Position numbers and translations under genes: made by a program. A model generated the notes under the pieces. That model saw nothing but the letters and a program-made list of their open reading frames with translations. It did no database searches and was not told the DNA's origin. Below, piece after piece: positions 18,732 through 26,113 of a stretch of DNA of 27,183 nt; position 1 is the stretch's first letter, and each line of letters begins with the position of its first letter. Where the stretch lies: positions 1-27,183 of the forward strand of contig JASHTT010000692.1 of assembly GCA_030040415.1 (NCBI GenBank), read 5' to 3'. This stretch comes from Streptosporangiaceae bacterium. Its GTDB lineage: Bacteria; Actinomycetota; Actinomycetes; Streptosporangiales; Streptosporangiaceae.

Positions 18732-18804
18732 TTGCCCTGGCGGTGCCCTGGAGCGACGGCGCATTGTGGCCCGAGAGAGCCGGGACACGGAAGGCTGGGA
18801 CACC

Positions 18805-19425
18805 ATGCGGGCTGCCGTCGGAGAGCAGGCGAGCATCGCCGGCACGATTGATGACCAGGTGGTCACGCGCCTGCTCTATCAGCGGATCATCGTGCTCGGC
18901 ACGGAGGTGGACGACCGCGTTGCGAACCGGCTGTGCGGTCAGTTGCTGCTGCTCGCCGCCGAGGACCCGCGCAACGACATCAGCCTCTACATCAACTCGC
19001 CAGGCGGCTCCGTCAGTGCCGGGCTGGCGATCTACGACACGATGAGGCTGATCCCGAACGACATCAGTACGCTCGCGATGGGCCTCGCGGGCAGCATGGC
19101 GCAGTTCCTGCTCTGCGCCGGAGCGAAGGGCAAGCGGTTCAGCCTTCCGCATGCGCAGGTGCTGATGCATCAGGGCTCAGCTGGTTTCGGCGGTACCGCG
19201 GCGGACGTGGAGATCTACGCGGCGCAACTCGAGCGGACTGGAAACCTCATGACCACGCTGATCGCCGAGCACACCGGCCAGCCGGTCGAGCGGGTGCGTG
19301 CCGACAGCCTGCGGGACCGCTGGTTCAGCGCGGAAGAGGCCCGTGCCTACGGGATGATCGACCACATCGTGGAGAGCGTCACGGACGTGCGTCCCGCCGT
19401 CTTCGGCCGGTCGGCAGGGCTGTGA
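18805..19425 (+). CDS. clpP: ATP-dependent Clp protease proteolytic subunit (ClpP3-like)
   Basis: [16 protein letters not shown], catalytic Ser in GLAGSM, His in LMHQG and Asp in RDRWF. Start ATG 18805 is preferred over GTG 18766. Confidence 0.95.
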   Translation: MRAAVGEQASIAGTIDDQVVTRLLYQRIIVLGTEVDDRVANRLCGQLLLLAAEDPRNDISLYINSPGGSVSAGLAIYDTMRLIPNDISTLAMGLAGSMAQFLLCAGAKGKRFSLPHAQVLMHQGSAGFGGTAADVEIYAAQLERTGNLMTTLIAEHTGQPVERVRADSLRDRWFSAEEARAYGMIDHIVESVTDVRPAVFGRSAGL

Positions 19426-19427
19426 CG

Positions 19428-20045
19428 ATGGGCCAGTACACGATTCCGACTGTCGTGGAGCGGACCCCGCTGGGTGAGCGTGCCTACGACATCTACTCAC
19501 GGCTGCTTTCCGAGCGCATTGTCTTCCTCGGTACAGAGATCGACGACGGCGTCGCCAACGTGGTGATGGCGCAGTTGCTGCACCTGGAGGCGGCCAGCCC
19601 GGATCTGGAGATCTCGCTGTACATCAACTCGCCGGGCGGCTCCTACAGCGCGCTGACTGCCATCTACGACACCATGCAGTTCATCCGGCCAGCCGTCGCC
19701 ACGATCTGCATGGGCCAAGCGTCATCCGCCGCGGCAGTGCTGCTGGCGGCCGGTGCGCCGGGCAGGCGGGCGGTCCTGCGGCACGCGAAGGTCACCTTGC
19801 ACCAGCCGTCGGGCCAGGCCCAGGGAACCCTGCCGGACCTCGCCATTCAGGCCAAGGAACTGGCGCAGGTCCGGGCGGAGGTCGATGAGATCCTCAGCTT
19901 GCACACCGGGCACCCGGTCGCCAAGATCAGGGCCGACTCGGACCGCAACATGACTTATACCGCGCGGCAGGCCGTCGATTACGGGCTGGCCGACGAAGTG
20001 ATCTCTACCCGAAAGGGCGCGCTGGCCGCGGCCAGCGCCCGGTGA
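19428..20045 (+). CDS. clpP: ATP-dependent Clp protease proteolytic subunit (ClpP4-like), catalytic Asp position occupied by Asn
   Basis: [13 protein letters not shown]...[44 protein letters not shown] and [11 protein letters not shown] lies 2 bp after the previous stop; the ORF-track 370-aa call includes an out-of-gene extension. Confidence 0.94.
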   Translation: MGQYTIPTVVERTPLGERAYDIYSRLLSERIVFLGTEIDDGVANVVMAQLLHLEAASPDLEISLYINSPGGSYSALTAIYDTMQFIRPAVATICMGQASSAAAVLLAAGAPGRRAVLRHAKVTLHQPSGQAQGTLPDLAIQAKELAQVRAEVDEILSLHTGHPVAKIRADSDRNMTYTARQAVDYGLADEVISTRKGALAAASAR

Positions 20046-20116
20046 TCAGGCAGCGCGTGATCAGGCAGCGGGTGATCAGGCAGCGGGTGATCAGGCAGCG
20101 CGTGATCAAGCAGCGC
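20042..20116. repeat. 5 x 15-bp tandem repeat GTGATCAGGCAGCG(C/G) joining the two convergent stop codons
   Basis: Units start at 20042, 20057, 20072, 20087 and 20102. The first contains the clpP stop and the last (with one G>A change) contains the regulator stop. Confidence 0.95.
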
Positions 20117-20618
20117 GCAGGCACGCCTGCGGCGCGTCGCCTCGGCCGGGCGGTGGCAGGACGTTCCGCGGCGGCGTGAGCTGACCGGGCGCGGGCGCCA
20201 GGCGGGTCACGGTTCCCTCTCCAGCGCTGAGGCCGGCCAGGTCGTACCGCGCCTCAGCCAGCAGGTCGGCGAGGTCGATGCCGAGCGCTTCGCAGATCGC
20301 GGCGAGCACCTCAGAGGAGGCTTCCTTCCGCCCGCGCTCGAGCTCTGACAGGTAGGGCATCGAGACCCTGGCGGCCCGTGCGACGCCGGCCAGGGTACGG
20401 CCCTGCTCGAGCCGGGTCCGGCGCAGCACGGTGCCGAGGGCGGTTCGCAACAGCGGCCGTGGCCGCTCCGGCTCTCGGCGGCCGCCGCCCAGCGGGACGA
20501 GCACCAGCGTCACCTCCCGGTCGCATCTCGCACGGTCGCATTTCGCACGGGCGCATTTCGCACGGGCGCAGTTCGCACGGGCGCTCGAACTAGCGGCGCT
20601 CGAAGCACGGGCGCGCAT
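20106..20618 (-). CDS. popR: XRE-family HTH transcriptional activator, PopR/ClgR-like (start either ATG 20618 or GTG 20504)
   Basis: LGTVLRRTRLEQGRTLAGVARAARVSMPYLSELERGRKEASSEVLAA. It is convergent with a clpP pair and ends in ...ACLRAA, as described for Streptomyces PopR. GGAGG lies 8 nt upstream of GTG 20504. Confidence 0.85.
   Translation of the reverse strand: MRARASSAASSSARANCARAKCARAKCDRARCDREVTLVLVPLGGGRREPERPRPLLRTALGTVLRRTRLEQGRTLAGVARAARVSMPYLSELERGRKEASSEVLAAICEALGIDLADLLAEARYDLAGLSAGEGTVTRLAPAPGQLTPPRNVLPPPGRGDAPQACLRAA
20523..20612. repeat. 6 x 15-bp degenerate tandem repeat (GCATTTCGCACGGGC-like)
   Basis: Units start at 20523, 20538, 20553, 20568, 20583 and 20598. On the minus strand they read ARASS-AASSS-ARANC-ARAKC-ARAKC-DRARC. 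Confidence 0.9.
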
Positions 20619-20661
20619 CGACTACGTCACGTTATCGGCGGCCCTGCTCGGGCTACACGTG

Positions 20662-20680
20662 GTTTCGCATTAGGCGTAAA
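20662..20680. promoter_or_regulatory. ClgR-box-like element upstream of the popR-like gene
   Basis: GTTTCGC-ATTAG-GCGTAAA fits the CGC-N5-GCG core with A/T flanks. A TAACGT -10 candidate lies on the minus strand at 20629-20634. Confidence 0.5.
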
Positions 20681-20697
20681 GCGATCAGCGGCTGAAC

Positions 20698-21894
20698 TCA
20701 AGCGGCCTCGAAGACCGCGGCGACGCCCTGCCCGCCGCCGACGCACATCGTCTCCAGCAGGAACCTGCCGTCGCGTCGCCGCAGCTCGCGCAGTCCGGTG
20801 GCGAGCATCCTGGCCCCGGTGGCGCCGATCGGGTGGCCGAGCGAGATGCCGGACCCGTTGACGTTGAGCTTGTCCGGGTCGTGCCAGCGCCAGGCAGCGA
20901 GCACCGCAAGGACCTGGGCGGCGAACGCCTCGTTGAGTTCGACAAGATCGATGGTGCCGAAGTCCAGCCCGGTCCGCGCGAAGAGCTTGGCGACCGCGGG
21001 CACCGGCCCGATGCCCATAGTGGCAGGCTCGCATCCGGCAGCGGCCCAGCCGGCCAGGTACCCAAGCGGCTGCAAGCCCAGCCCGGCCAGCCGGTCTTCG
21101 GCGACGACCAGGCACGCCGCGGCGGCGTCGTTCTGCTGGCTGGCGTTGCCGGCCGTCACGGTGCCGCCCGGCATGATCGTCCGCAGCTTCGCCAGGGCTT
21201 GCGGCGTCGAGTCGGGCCGCACCCCCTCGTCCTTGCCGACGGTAACCGGTTCGCCGCGGCGCTGCGGCACGCGGACGGGGATCACCTCGTCGTCGAACCG
21301 GCCGCCCGCCCAGGCCGCGGCGGCCCGCTGGTGGCTGCTTGCGGCGTAGGCGTCAGCTTCCTCCCTGGTGATGCCGTATTCGGCAGCCAGGTTTTCGGCG
21401 GTCTCGATCATCCCGGAGATCTTGCCGAAGCGCCACTCCGGCTGCGACCGCTCGCGGCCGCGGTCGATCCTGTCGTACAGCACCTGGCTCCCCGCCCTGG
21501 CGCCCCAGCGCATGGCGGTCGTGTAGTGCTCGGCGTTGCTCATGCTCTCCACGCCGCCGGCGATGACGACGTCGGCGGCGCCGGTCTGCACCATCATCGC
21601 CGCCGTGATCACCGCCTGCAGCCCGCCGCCGCACCGCCGGTCGAGCTGCAGCCCTGGGACGCTCACCGGCAGCCCTGCCTGCAAGGCGGCCCACCGGCCG
21701 ACGCACGGCGTCTCGGCGTTGGCGTACGACTGCGCCAGGCAGACGTCGTCGACGAGTCCGGGGTCGATCCCGGTACGGGAGACAACCGCGGTGAGAACGG
21801 TGGCGGCGAGGTCCTCGACGGGCACGTCGCGAAGCGCGCCGCCGAACGTTCCGACGGGGGTCCGCACTGGCTCCACGATCGCGGCTCTGCGCAT
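20698..21894 (-). CDS. Acetyl-CoA C-acyltransferase (thiolase)
   Basis: EPVRTPVG, active-site DRRCGGGL, AGGVESMS, ELNEAFAAQ, GHPIGATG and MCVGGGQG. ATG 21894 has SD AAAGGAG. Confidence 0.95.
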   Translation of the reverse strand: MRRAAIVEPVRTPVGTFGGALRDVPVEDLAATVLTAVVSRTGIDPGLVDDVCLAQSYANAETPCVGRWAALQAGLPVSVPGLQLDRRCGGGLQAVITAAMMVQTGAADVVIAGGVESMSNAEHYTTAMRWGARAGSQVLYDRIDRGRERSQPEWRFGKISGMIETAENLAAEYGITREEADAYAASSHQRAAAAWAGGRFDDEVIPVRVPQRRGEPVTVGKDEGVRPDSTPQALAKLRTIMPGGTVTAGNASQQNDAAAACLVVAEDRLAGLGLQPLGYLAGWAAAGCEPATMGIGPVPAVAKLFARTGLDFGTIDLVELNEAFAAQVLAVLAAWRWHDPDKLNVNGSGISLGHPIGATGARMLATGLRELRRRDGRFLLETMCVGGGQGVAAVFEAA

Positions 21895-21913
21895 GTGCTC
21901 GCTCCTTTCTGGC

Positions 21914-23122
21914 CTAGAACAGCACCGGCAGATGCTTGATGCCGTTGACGAAGTTCGACCGCAGCCTGCTGACGTCGCCGTCGGGGCGGATGCCGGGCGC
22001 GCGCTGCGCGAGCACACGCAGCAACTCGCGAAGCTCGAGCGCGGCGAGGTGCCGGCCGAGGCAGAAATGCGGCCCGCCACCGCCGAAGCCGGCGTGCGGG
22101 TTGGGATCGCGGCCGATGTCGAACTCATCAGGTAGCGGGAAGACGCGCTCGTCCCGGTTGGCCGCCGCGTAAAAGACCACGACCTTGTCTCCCGCGGCGA
22201 TCCGCTCGCCGCCAAGCTCGGTGTCGCACAGCGCGGTGCGCCTGAACAGGTTGACCGGGCTCACCCAGCGGACGATCTCCTCGGCCGCCGGCGCGACGAG
22301 CGACGGATCGCCCAGCAGCCGCTGCCACTGGTCGGGGTGCTCGAAGAACGCCTGCAGGCCGCCGGAGGCCGCATTCCTGGTGGTCTCGTTGCCGGCCACG
22401 GTGAGCAGCAGGAAAAACATGTCGAACTCGTCGGCGCTGAGCGCCTCGCCGTTCTCGTCTGGCTGCAGCAGGCGGGTCACGATGTCGTCGGCCGGCTCCG
22501 CGCGCCTGCGCGCGGCGAGCTGCGCGCCGTAGGCATACATTTCCGCCGCGGCGTCCTGCTGCGCGTCCGGTTCGGCATGGAATTCCGGGTCCGCAGACCC
22601 GATCAGCATGTTGGACAGCTCGAAGAGCCTGCCCCGGTCCTCGGGCGGCGCGCCGACCAGCTCGCATATCACCTGCAGCGGCAGCGGCGCGGCCACGTCC
22701 GTCACGAAGTCGGCGCCACCCTGCCGGGCCGCTGCGTCGACCAGGTCACCGCAGATCTGGGCGACGTGCTGCGCAAGGCGTCCGATCATGCGTGGCGTGA
22801 AGCCGCGGTTCACGAACGCGCGCTGCCGGGTGTGCTGCGGCGGGTCCATGTTGAGCATCATCAGCCGCTGCAGCTCGATGCTGCCCGCTGGCACCTCGCC
22901 GAATAGGGCAAGACGCCGGGCCGAGGAGAAGATCTCCGGATGCCGGGACACGTGCGCGACATCGGTGTGCCTGGTCACGGCCCAGAATCCCGGCCAGCCC
23001 GGCTCGCCGCCGGCCGCGTGCCAGAACACCGGCGCGTGCTCGCGAAGCCAGCGGAACTGCTCGTACGGGGGTCCGCAGCGCTGGTACACATCCGGATCGA
23101 CGAGATTGATCTCCGGCGTCAC
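21914..23122 (-). CDS. Cytochrome P450, CYP125/CYP124/CYP142-like
   Basis: GFWAVTRH, MLNMDPPQHTRQR...FTPR, I-helix AGNETT, EEIVR, and heme motif FGGGGPHFCLG. GTG 23122 is preferred over the long ORF-track start. Confidence 0.94.
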   Translation of the reverse strand: MTPEINLVDPDVYQRCGPPYEQFRWLREHAPVFWHAAGGEPGWPGFWAVTRHTDVAHVSRHPEIFSSARRLALFGEVPAGSIELQRLMMLNMDPPQHTRQRAFVNRGFTPRMIGRLAQHVAQICGDLVDAAARQGGADFVTDVAAPLPLQVICELVGAPPEDRGRLFELSNMLIGSADPEFHAEPDAQQDAAAEMYAYGAQLAARRRAEPADDIVTRLLQPDENGEALSADEFDMFFLLLTVAGNETTRNAASGGLQAFFEHPDQWQRLLGDPSLVAPAAEEIVRWVSPVNLFRRTALCDTELGGERIAAGDKVVVFYAAANRDERVFPLPDEFDIGRDPNPHAGFGGGGPHFCLGRHLAALELRELLRVLAQRAPGIRPDGDVSRLRSNFVNGIKHLPVLF

Positions 23123-23248
23123 GCCCGCCACCCTTCGCCAGCCCGACATCAGCCACCATACTGTCCCGTGCGCTGGCGAACCCCAGCCGCCGCATGCCCC
23201 GGCGTGGTTGGCTTGCGGGCACGGGGTTTGGTGACGATGGGGGAACGC

Positions 23249-23794
23249 ATGACAGCCACCGCAGAACTTGCCGACCTGGACCGCCGCATCAGCGATCTGC
23301 GGCGATTCGAACAGGACTACCGAGCCCGGCTGCGGCTGTTTCACCAGCAACAGCTCAACGACCTCGACCCGGAGTCCGGCACCGTCACGGTCCCCCGGCT
23401 GCCCGCCGACCAGCGCAAGCAGCTGATCGAGTGGCTGGCCGGGGAGTTCACAGCGCAACGGGCGGCGCAGTGGCCGGCCGGCACGACCGCGCACCTGCTG
23501 GCGCTGTGGGGCACCGCGTCGCTGCGCGGCGCCGCGCTCGACCGCGCGTTCGCCGACTATCTGGACGCCGAGCGGCTACGCCGTGACGTGCAGGCCGGTC
23601 ACGTGCCGTGGCAGGACGTGCTGCCAGGGCTGGACTGCGCTGACCCGGAGCAGGAGGCCAGGAAGGCGACCGGTTACCTCGCCGCGAGGGCGCTGGCCGT
23701 GCTTGTGCACGGCGACCCGAGCGCGGCTAGCCTGCAGGAGTGGACGAGCGATCTGCCGACGTGCGGCTCGACGCCGGGATCGCCGCCGACCTGA
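23249..23794 (+). CDS. Hypothetical protein with N-terminal helix resembling the DivIVA/Wag31 C-terminus
   Basis: ATG 23249 preceded by GGGGGAA (alternative 23237). N-terminal ADLDRRISDLRRFEQDYRARLRLFHQQQLNDL. The 3' end overlaps the next gene. Confidence 0.65.
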   Translation: MTATAELADLDRRISDLRRFEQDYRARLRLFHQQQLNDLDPESGTVTVPRLPADQRKQLIEWLAGEFTAQRAAQWPAGTTAHLLALWGTASLRGAALDRAFADYLDAERLRRDVQAGHVPWQDVLPGLDCADPEQEARKATGYLAARALAVLVHGDPSAASLQEWTSDLPTCGSTPGSPPT

Positions 23795-24672
23795 TCTCGG
23801 CCCAGTTTCCCGACCTGGCCGGCCAGCCGGTCCGCCAGTTCGGCGCGGGCTGGGATCACTATCTGGTGACCGCGGGCGACGAATGGATCTTCCGGTTCCC
23901 CAGGCGCGCGGAGCGCGTACCTTGGCTGCTCCGCGAGATCCAGATCATGGACGTGCTCGCGGCAGAGGTGGCGCCGCGCTACGAGCTCGCGGGACGGCCG
24001 TCTAGCACGTTCCCGTATCCGTTCGTCGGTTACCGCCGGGTGCCCGGCGTGGGTGCCGATCGGTCGCCGGTGACCAACCTCGCGGGCCTCGCCGCGGACG
24101 TCGGGGCCGTGCTCAGCCGGCTGCACAACACGGACACCGCCAGGGTGCCACCGACCCCATCAGGCTGGGAACGGGAGCCCTGGGCGCAGCTGCGCGAGGA
24201 GCTGGCCGCTCAGGCCGGGCTCGTCAGGCCACTGCTGCCGGAAGGCCTCTGCTCGGCAGCCGAGCCCTACCTCACCGGCAACGTCGCCGAGCCCGAGCAG
24301 GACGGCCCGCAGCGCTTCATCCACAACGACATCTGCCCGGACCACCTGATCGTCGACCCGTCCACCGGCAGGCTTGCCGGGCTGATCGACTTCACTGACG
24401 CCATGGTCGGCGAGGTGGTGCTCGACTTCGTGGGCCTGATCGGGGTCGCCGGGTACGAGTTCATCGGCCAGGTGGCCGCGCACTACGACCTGCCGCTCGG
24501 TGCTGGCTTCGGCAGGAAGCTGGCCTGGCTAGCGCGCACGCTGACGCTGACCTGGCTGGCCGACGCGGCACAGCTCACTCCGGCAGATGTCAGCAAGCAC
24601 CTGACGTGGACGGCGCGGGCCTTCGGACAGTCATGGGAGCCTCAACCTCGCAGTCAGCAGCCGAAGAGTTAG
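23740..24672 (+). CDS. APH/choline-kinase-like phosphotransferase
   Basis: GAGWDH, WIFRFPR, LSRLH, Brenner-type HNDICPDH and GLIDFTD. Start uncertain (GTG 23740 or 23761). Confidence 0.88.
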   Translation: MDERSADVRLDAGIAADLISAQFPDLAGQPVRQFGAGWDHYLVTAGDEWIFRFPRRAERVPWLLREIQIMDVLAAEVAPRYELAGRPSSTFPYPFVGYRRVPGVGADRSPVTNLAGLAADVGAVLSRLHNTDTARVPPTPSGWEREPWAQLREELAAQAGLVRPLLPEGLCSAAEPYLTGNVAEPEQDGPQRFIHNDICPDHLIVDPSTGRLAGLIDFTDAMVGEVVLDFVGLIGVAGYEFIGQVAAHYDLPLGAGFGRKLAWLARTLTLTWLADAAQLTPADVSKHLTWTARAFGQSWEPQPRSQQPKS

Positions 24673-25127
24673 CTCTCGGGATTGACCGCCTGCAGGTCCT
24701 GACCGGCGAGTGCCTGCATGGCGGGCAGCGCCGCGGCCAGGGCCGCCTGGTCTGCCGGGTCGAGCCTGGCGAGCAGCGCGGCAAGCCGCTCGGCGCGGAC
24801 GCCACGGCGCCCGGCGAGCAGTGCCTTGCCCTCGTCGGTGATCTCCAGGTGCACAACGCGACCGTCATCCGGGTCGGCACGCCTGGTTACCAGGCCCGCG
24901 TTCGACAGCCTGGCCACCAGCTGGGTCATGGCCGGCTGCGTGACCCCCTCGCTGGCGGCCAGCGCGGTCAGCCGGTGCGGACCTGACCGCTCGAGCGTAC
25001 TGAGCGTCGCAACGGCGGTCAGCGAAAGCCCGGGTGGGCTCAGCCGTCGGCTGAGTGCGAACAGCCGCTCAAGTACCGCCGCAACGGCGGCAGCCTGGTC
25101 GTGGTCGAGCCTGCCTGACGCGTCCAT
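24669..25127 (-). CDS. MarR-family winged-helix regulator
   Basis: RLTALAASEGVTQPAMTQLVARLSNAGLVTRRADPDDGRVVHLEITDEG. Confidence 0.92.
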   Translation of the reverse strand: MDASGRLDHDQAAAVAAVLERLFALSRRLSPPGLSLTAVATLSTLERSGPHRLTALAASEGVTQPAMTQLVARLSNAGLVTRRADPDDGRVVHLEITDEGKALLAGRRGVRAERLAALLARLDPADQAALAAALPAMQALAGQDLQAVNPES

Positions 25128-25173
25128 AAGCCCTTTTTATATTCCATGCTTATGTAGCGAGGTAGCCGGGCCA

Positions 25174-25201
25174 GCCGGCGCATCGTCATGACTGCGCCGG
25201 C
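25174..25201 (-). terminator. GC-rich hairpin after the AIM24 pair (possible terminator)
   Basis: GCCGGCGCA-N10-TGCGCCGGC perfect 9-bp stem starting 12 nt after the stop at 25214. No U-tract. Confidence 0.5.
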
Positions 25202-25213
25202 CCGCCCTGCGTG

Positions 25214-26104
25214 TCACCAGTACTGGGTGGTCGCCCCGGAGCTCATCACGATGCCGCCCGTCATCTCCGGCGGCTCGTACACCGACTTGACAGCGATCCG
25301 GCCCGGCCCCTGGAGCACCAGCCAGATCGACTTGGCCTGCCACCGCGGCGAGCTGAACCAGTACTGACCCCGCGGGTACTCGAAATGCAGGTGCATCCCG
25401 ACCGTCCTGTCCTTCCAGATCAGGCTGCCGGGCTCGACCAGGATGCGCTCACCCTGGCGCAGGTCGCGGATGAACGTGTTGCCGGGGGCGTGCAGTAGCA
25501 GCAGCCCCGGCGCGCCTTGCGCGTGGAACCTGTCCATGGTCTGGCCGAGCGGGTAGTGGTATTCCTGGTCGTCGCCGCTCTGCGTGGTGTACCAGATGCC
25601 CGACGACTCCCACTGGTAGCCGACGTTCGAGGTAGCGACGAGGAAGCGGTGCTCCACCACGTCCACCGCGTGGCCCGCGGGCAGCGGGATCGCGATGGTC
25701 TCCCCCGGGTGGTCGTCACTGATCGCGATGTAGCCCGGGCCCCTCGCTGTCATCATGAACAGCGGCATGCCGGCCAGCACCCGGTTCCATCCGCCAGCCA
25801 TCCGCATCGTGTCGAGCTGCACGCTGGTATCGCAGTGCAGCAGCACGTGATGCGAGAAGTAGACCGAGTCTTCCTTGTCCAGCTTCATCTCGGCGACTGG
25901 CACGTACTTGCCGCTGATCTGGCAGGTGGACCTGTTGAAGTGGATCCTGGCCATGTCCCTGATCGGCGGCTGCTCGGCCCAGCCGGAGTCCGAGATTCGC
26001 TCGCGCACGTCCACGGGCGCCCCGCAGTGCGGGCACGTGGCGCCACCGCCCTCGCTCTGGATGCGGCAGTAGGGGCAGGTGTAGGTCGTCGTTGGCGTCG
26101 ACAT
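25214..26104 (-). CDS. AIM24 (DUF124)-family protein with N-terminal zinc ribbon
   Basis: CPYC-x10-CPHCGAP, then VPVAEMKL...VYFSHH, TARGPGYIA, MDRF...GLLLLHAPG and LQGPGRIAVKS. Confidence 0.8.
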   Translation of the reverse strand: MSTPTTTYTCPYCRIQSEGGGATCPHCGAPVDVRERISDSGWAEQPPIRDMARIHFNRSTCQISGKYVPVAEMKLDKEDSVYFSHHVLLHCDTSVQLDTMRMAGGWNRVLAGMPLFMMTARGPGYIAISDDHPGETIAIPLPAGHAVDVVEHRFLVATSNVGYQWESSGIWYTTQSGDDQEYHYPLGQTMDRFHAQGAPGLLLLHAPGNTFIRDLRQGERILVEPGSLIWKDRTVGMHLHFEYPRGQYWFSSPRWQAKSIWLVLQGPGRIAVKSVYEPPEMTGGIVMSSGATTQYW

Positions 26105-26113
26105 CGGCGTCGC

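Noticed and set aside
20042-20612. Tandem arrays as a possible CRISPR or mini-CRISPR
   Set aside because: Units are 15 bp and directly adjacent with no unique spacers; no cas genes are present.
24322-24345. His instead of Asn at the end of the kinase Brenner motif (HNDICPDH)
   Set aside because: As far as I recall this variant is common in this APH-like subfamily, so it does not by itself indicate inactivity.
13233-24672. Antibiotic self-resistance or biosynthetic cluster (OleR-like GH3, P450, APH kinase, extra ClpP)
   Set aside because: No PKS, NRPS, RiPP precursor or glycosyltransferase in the window; the genes are scattered in separate transcription units with simpler catabolic or housekeeping explanations.
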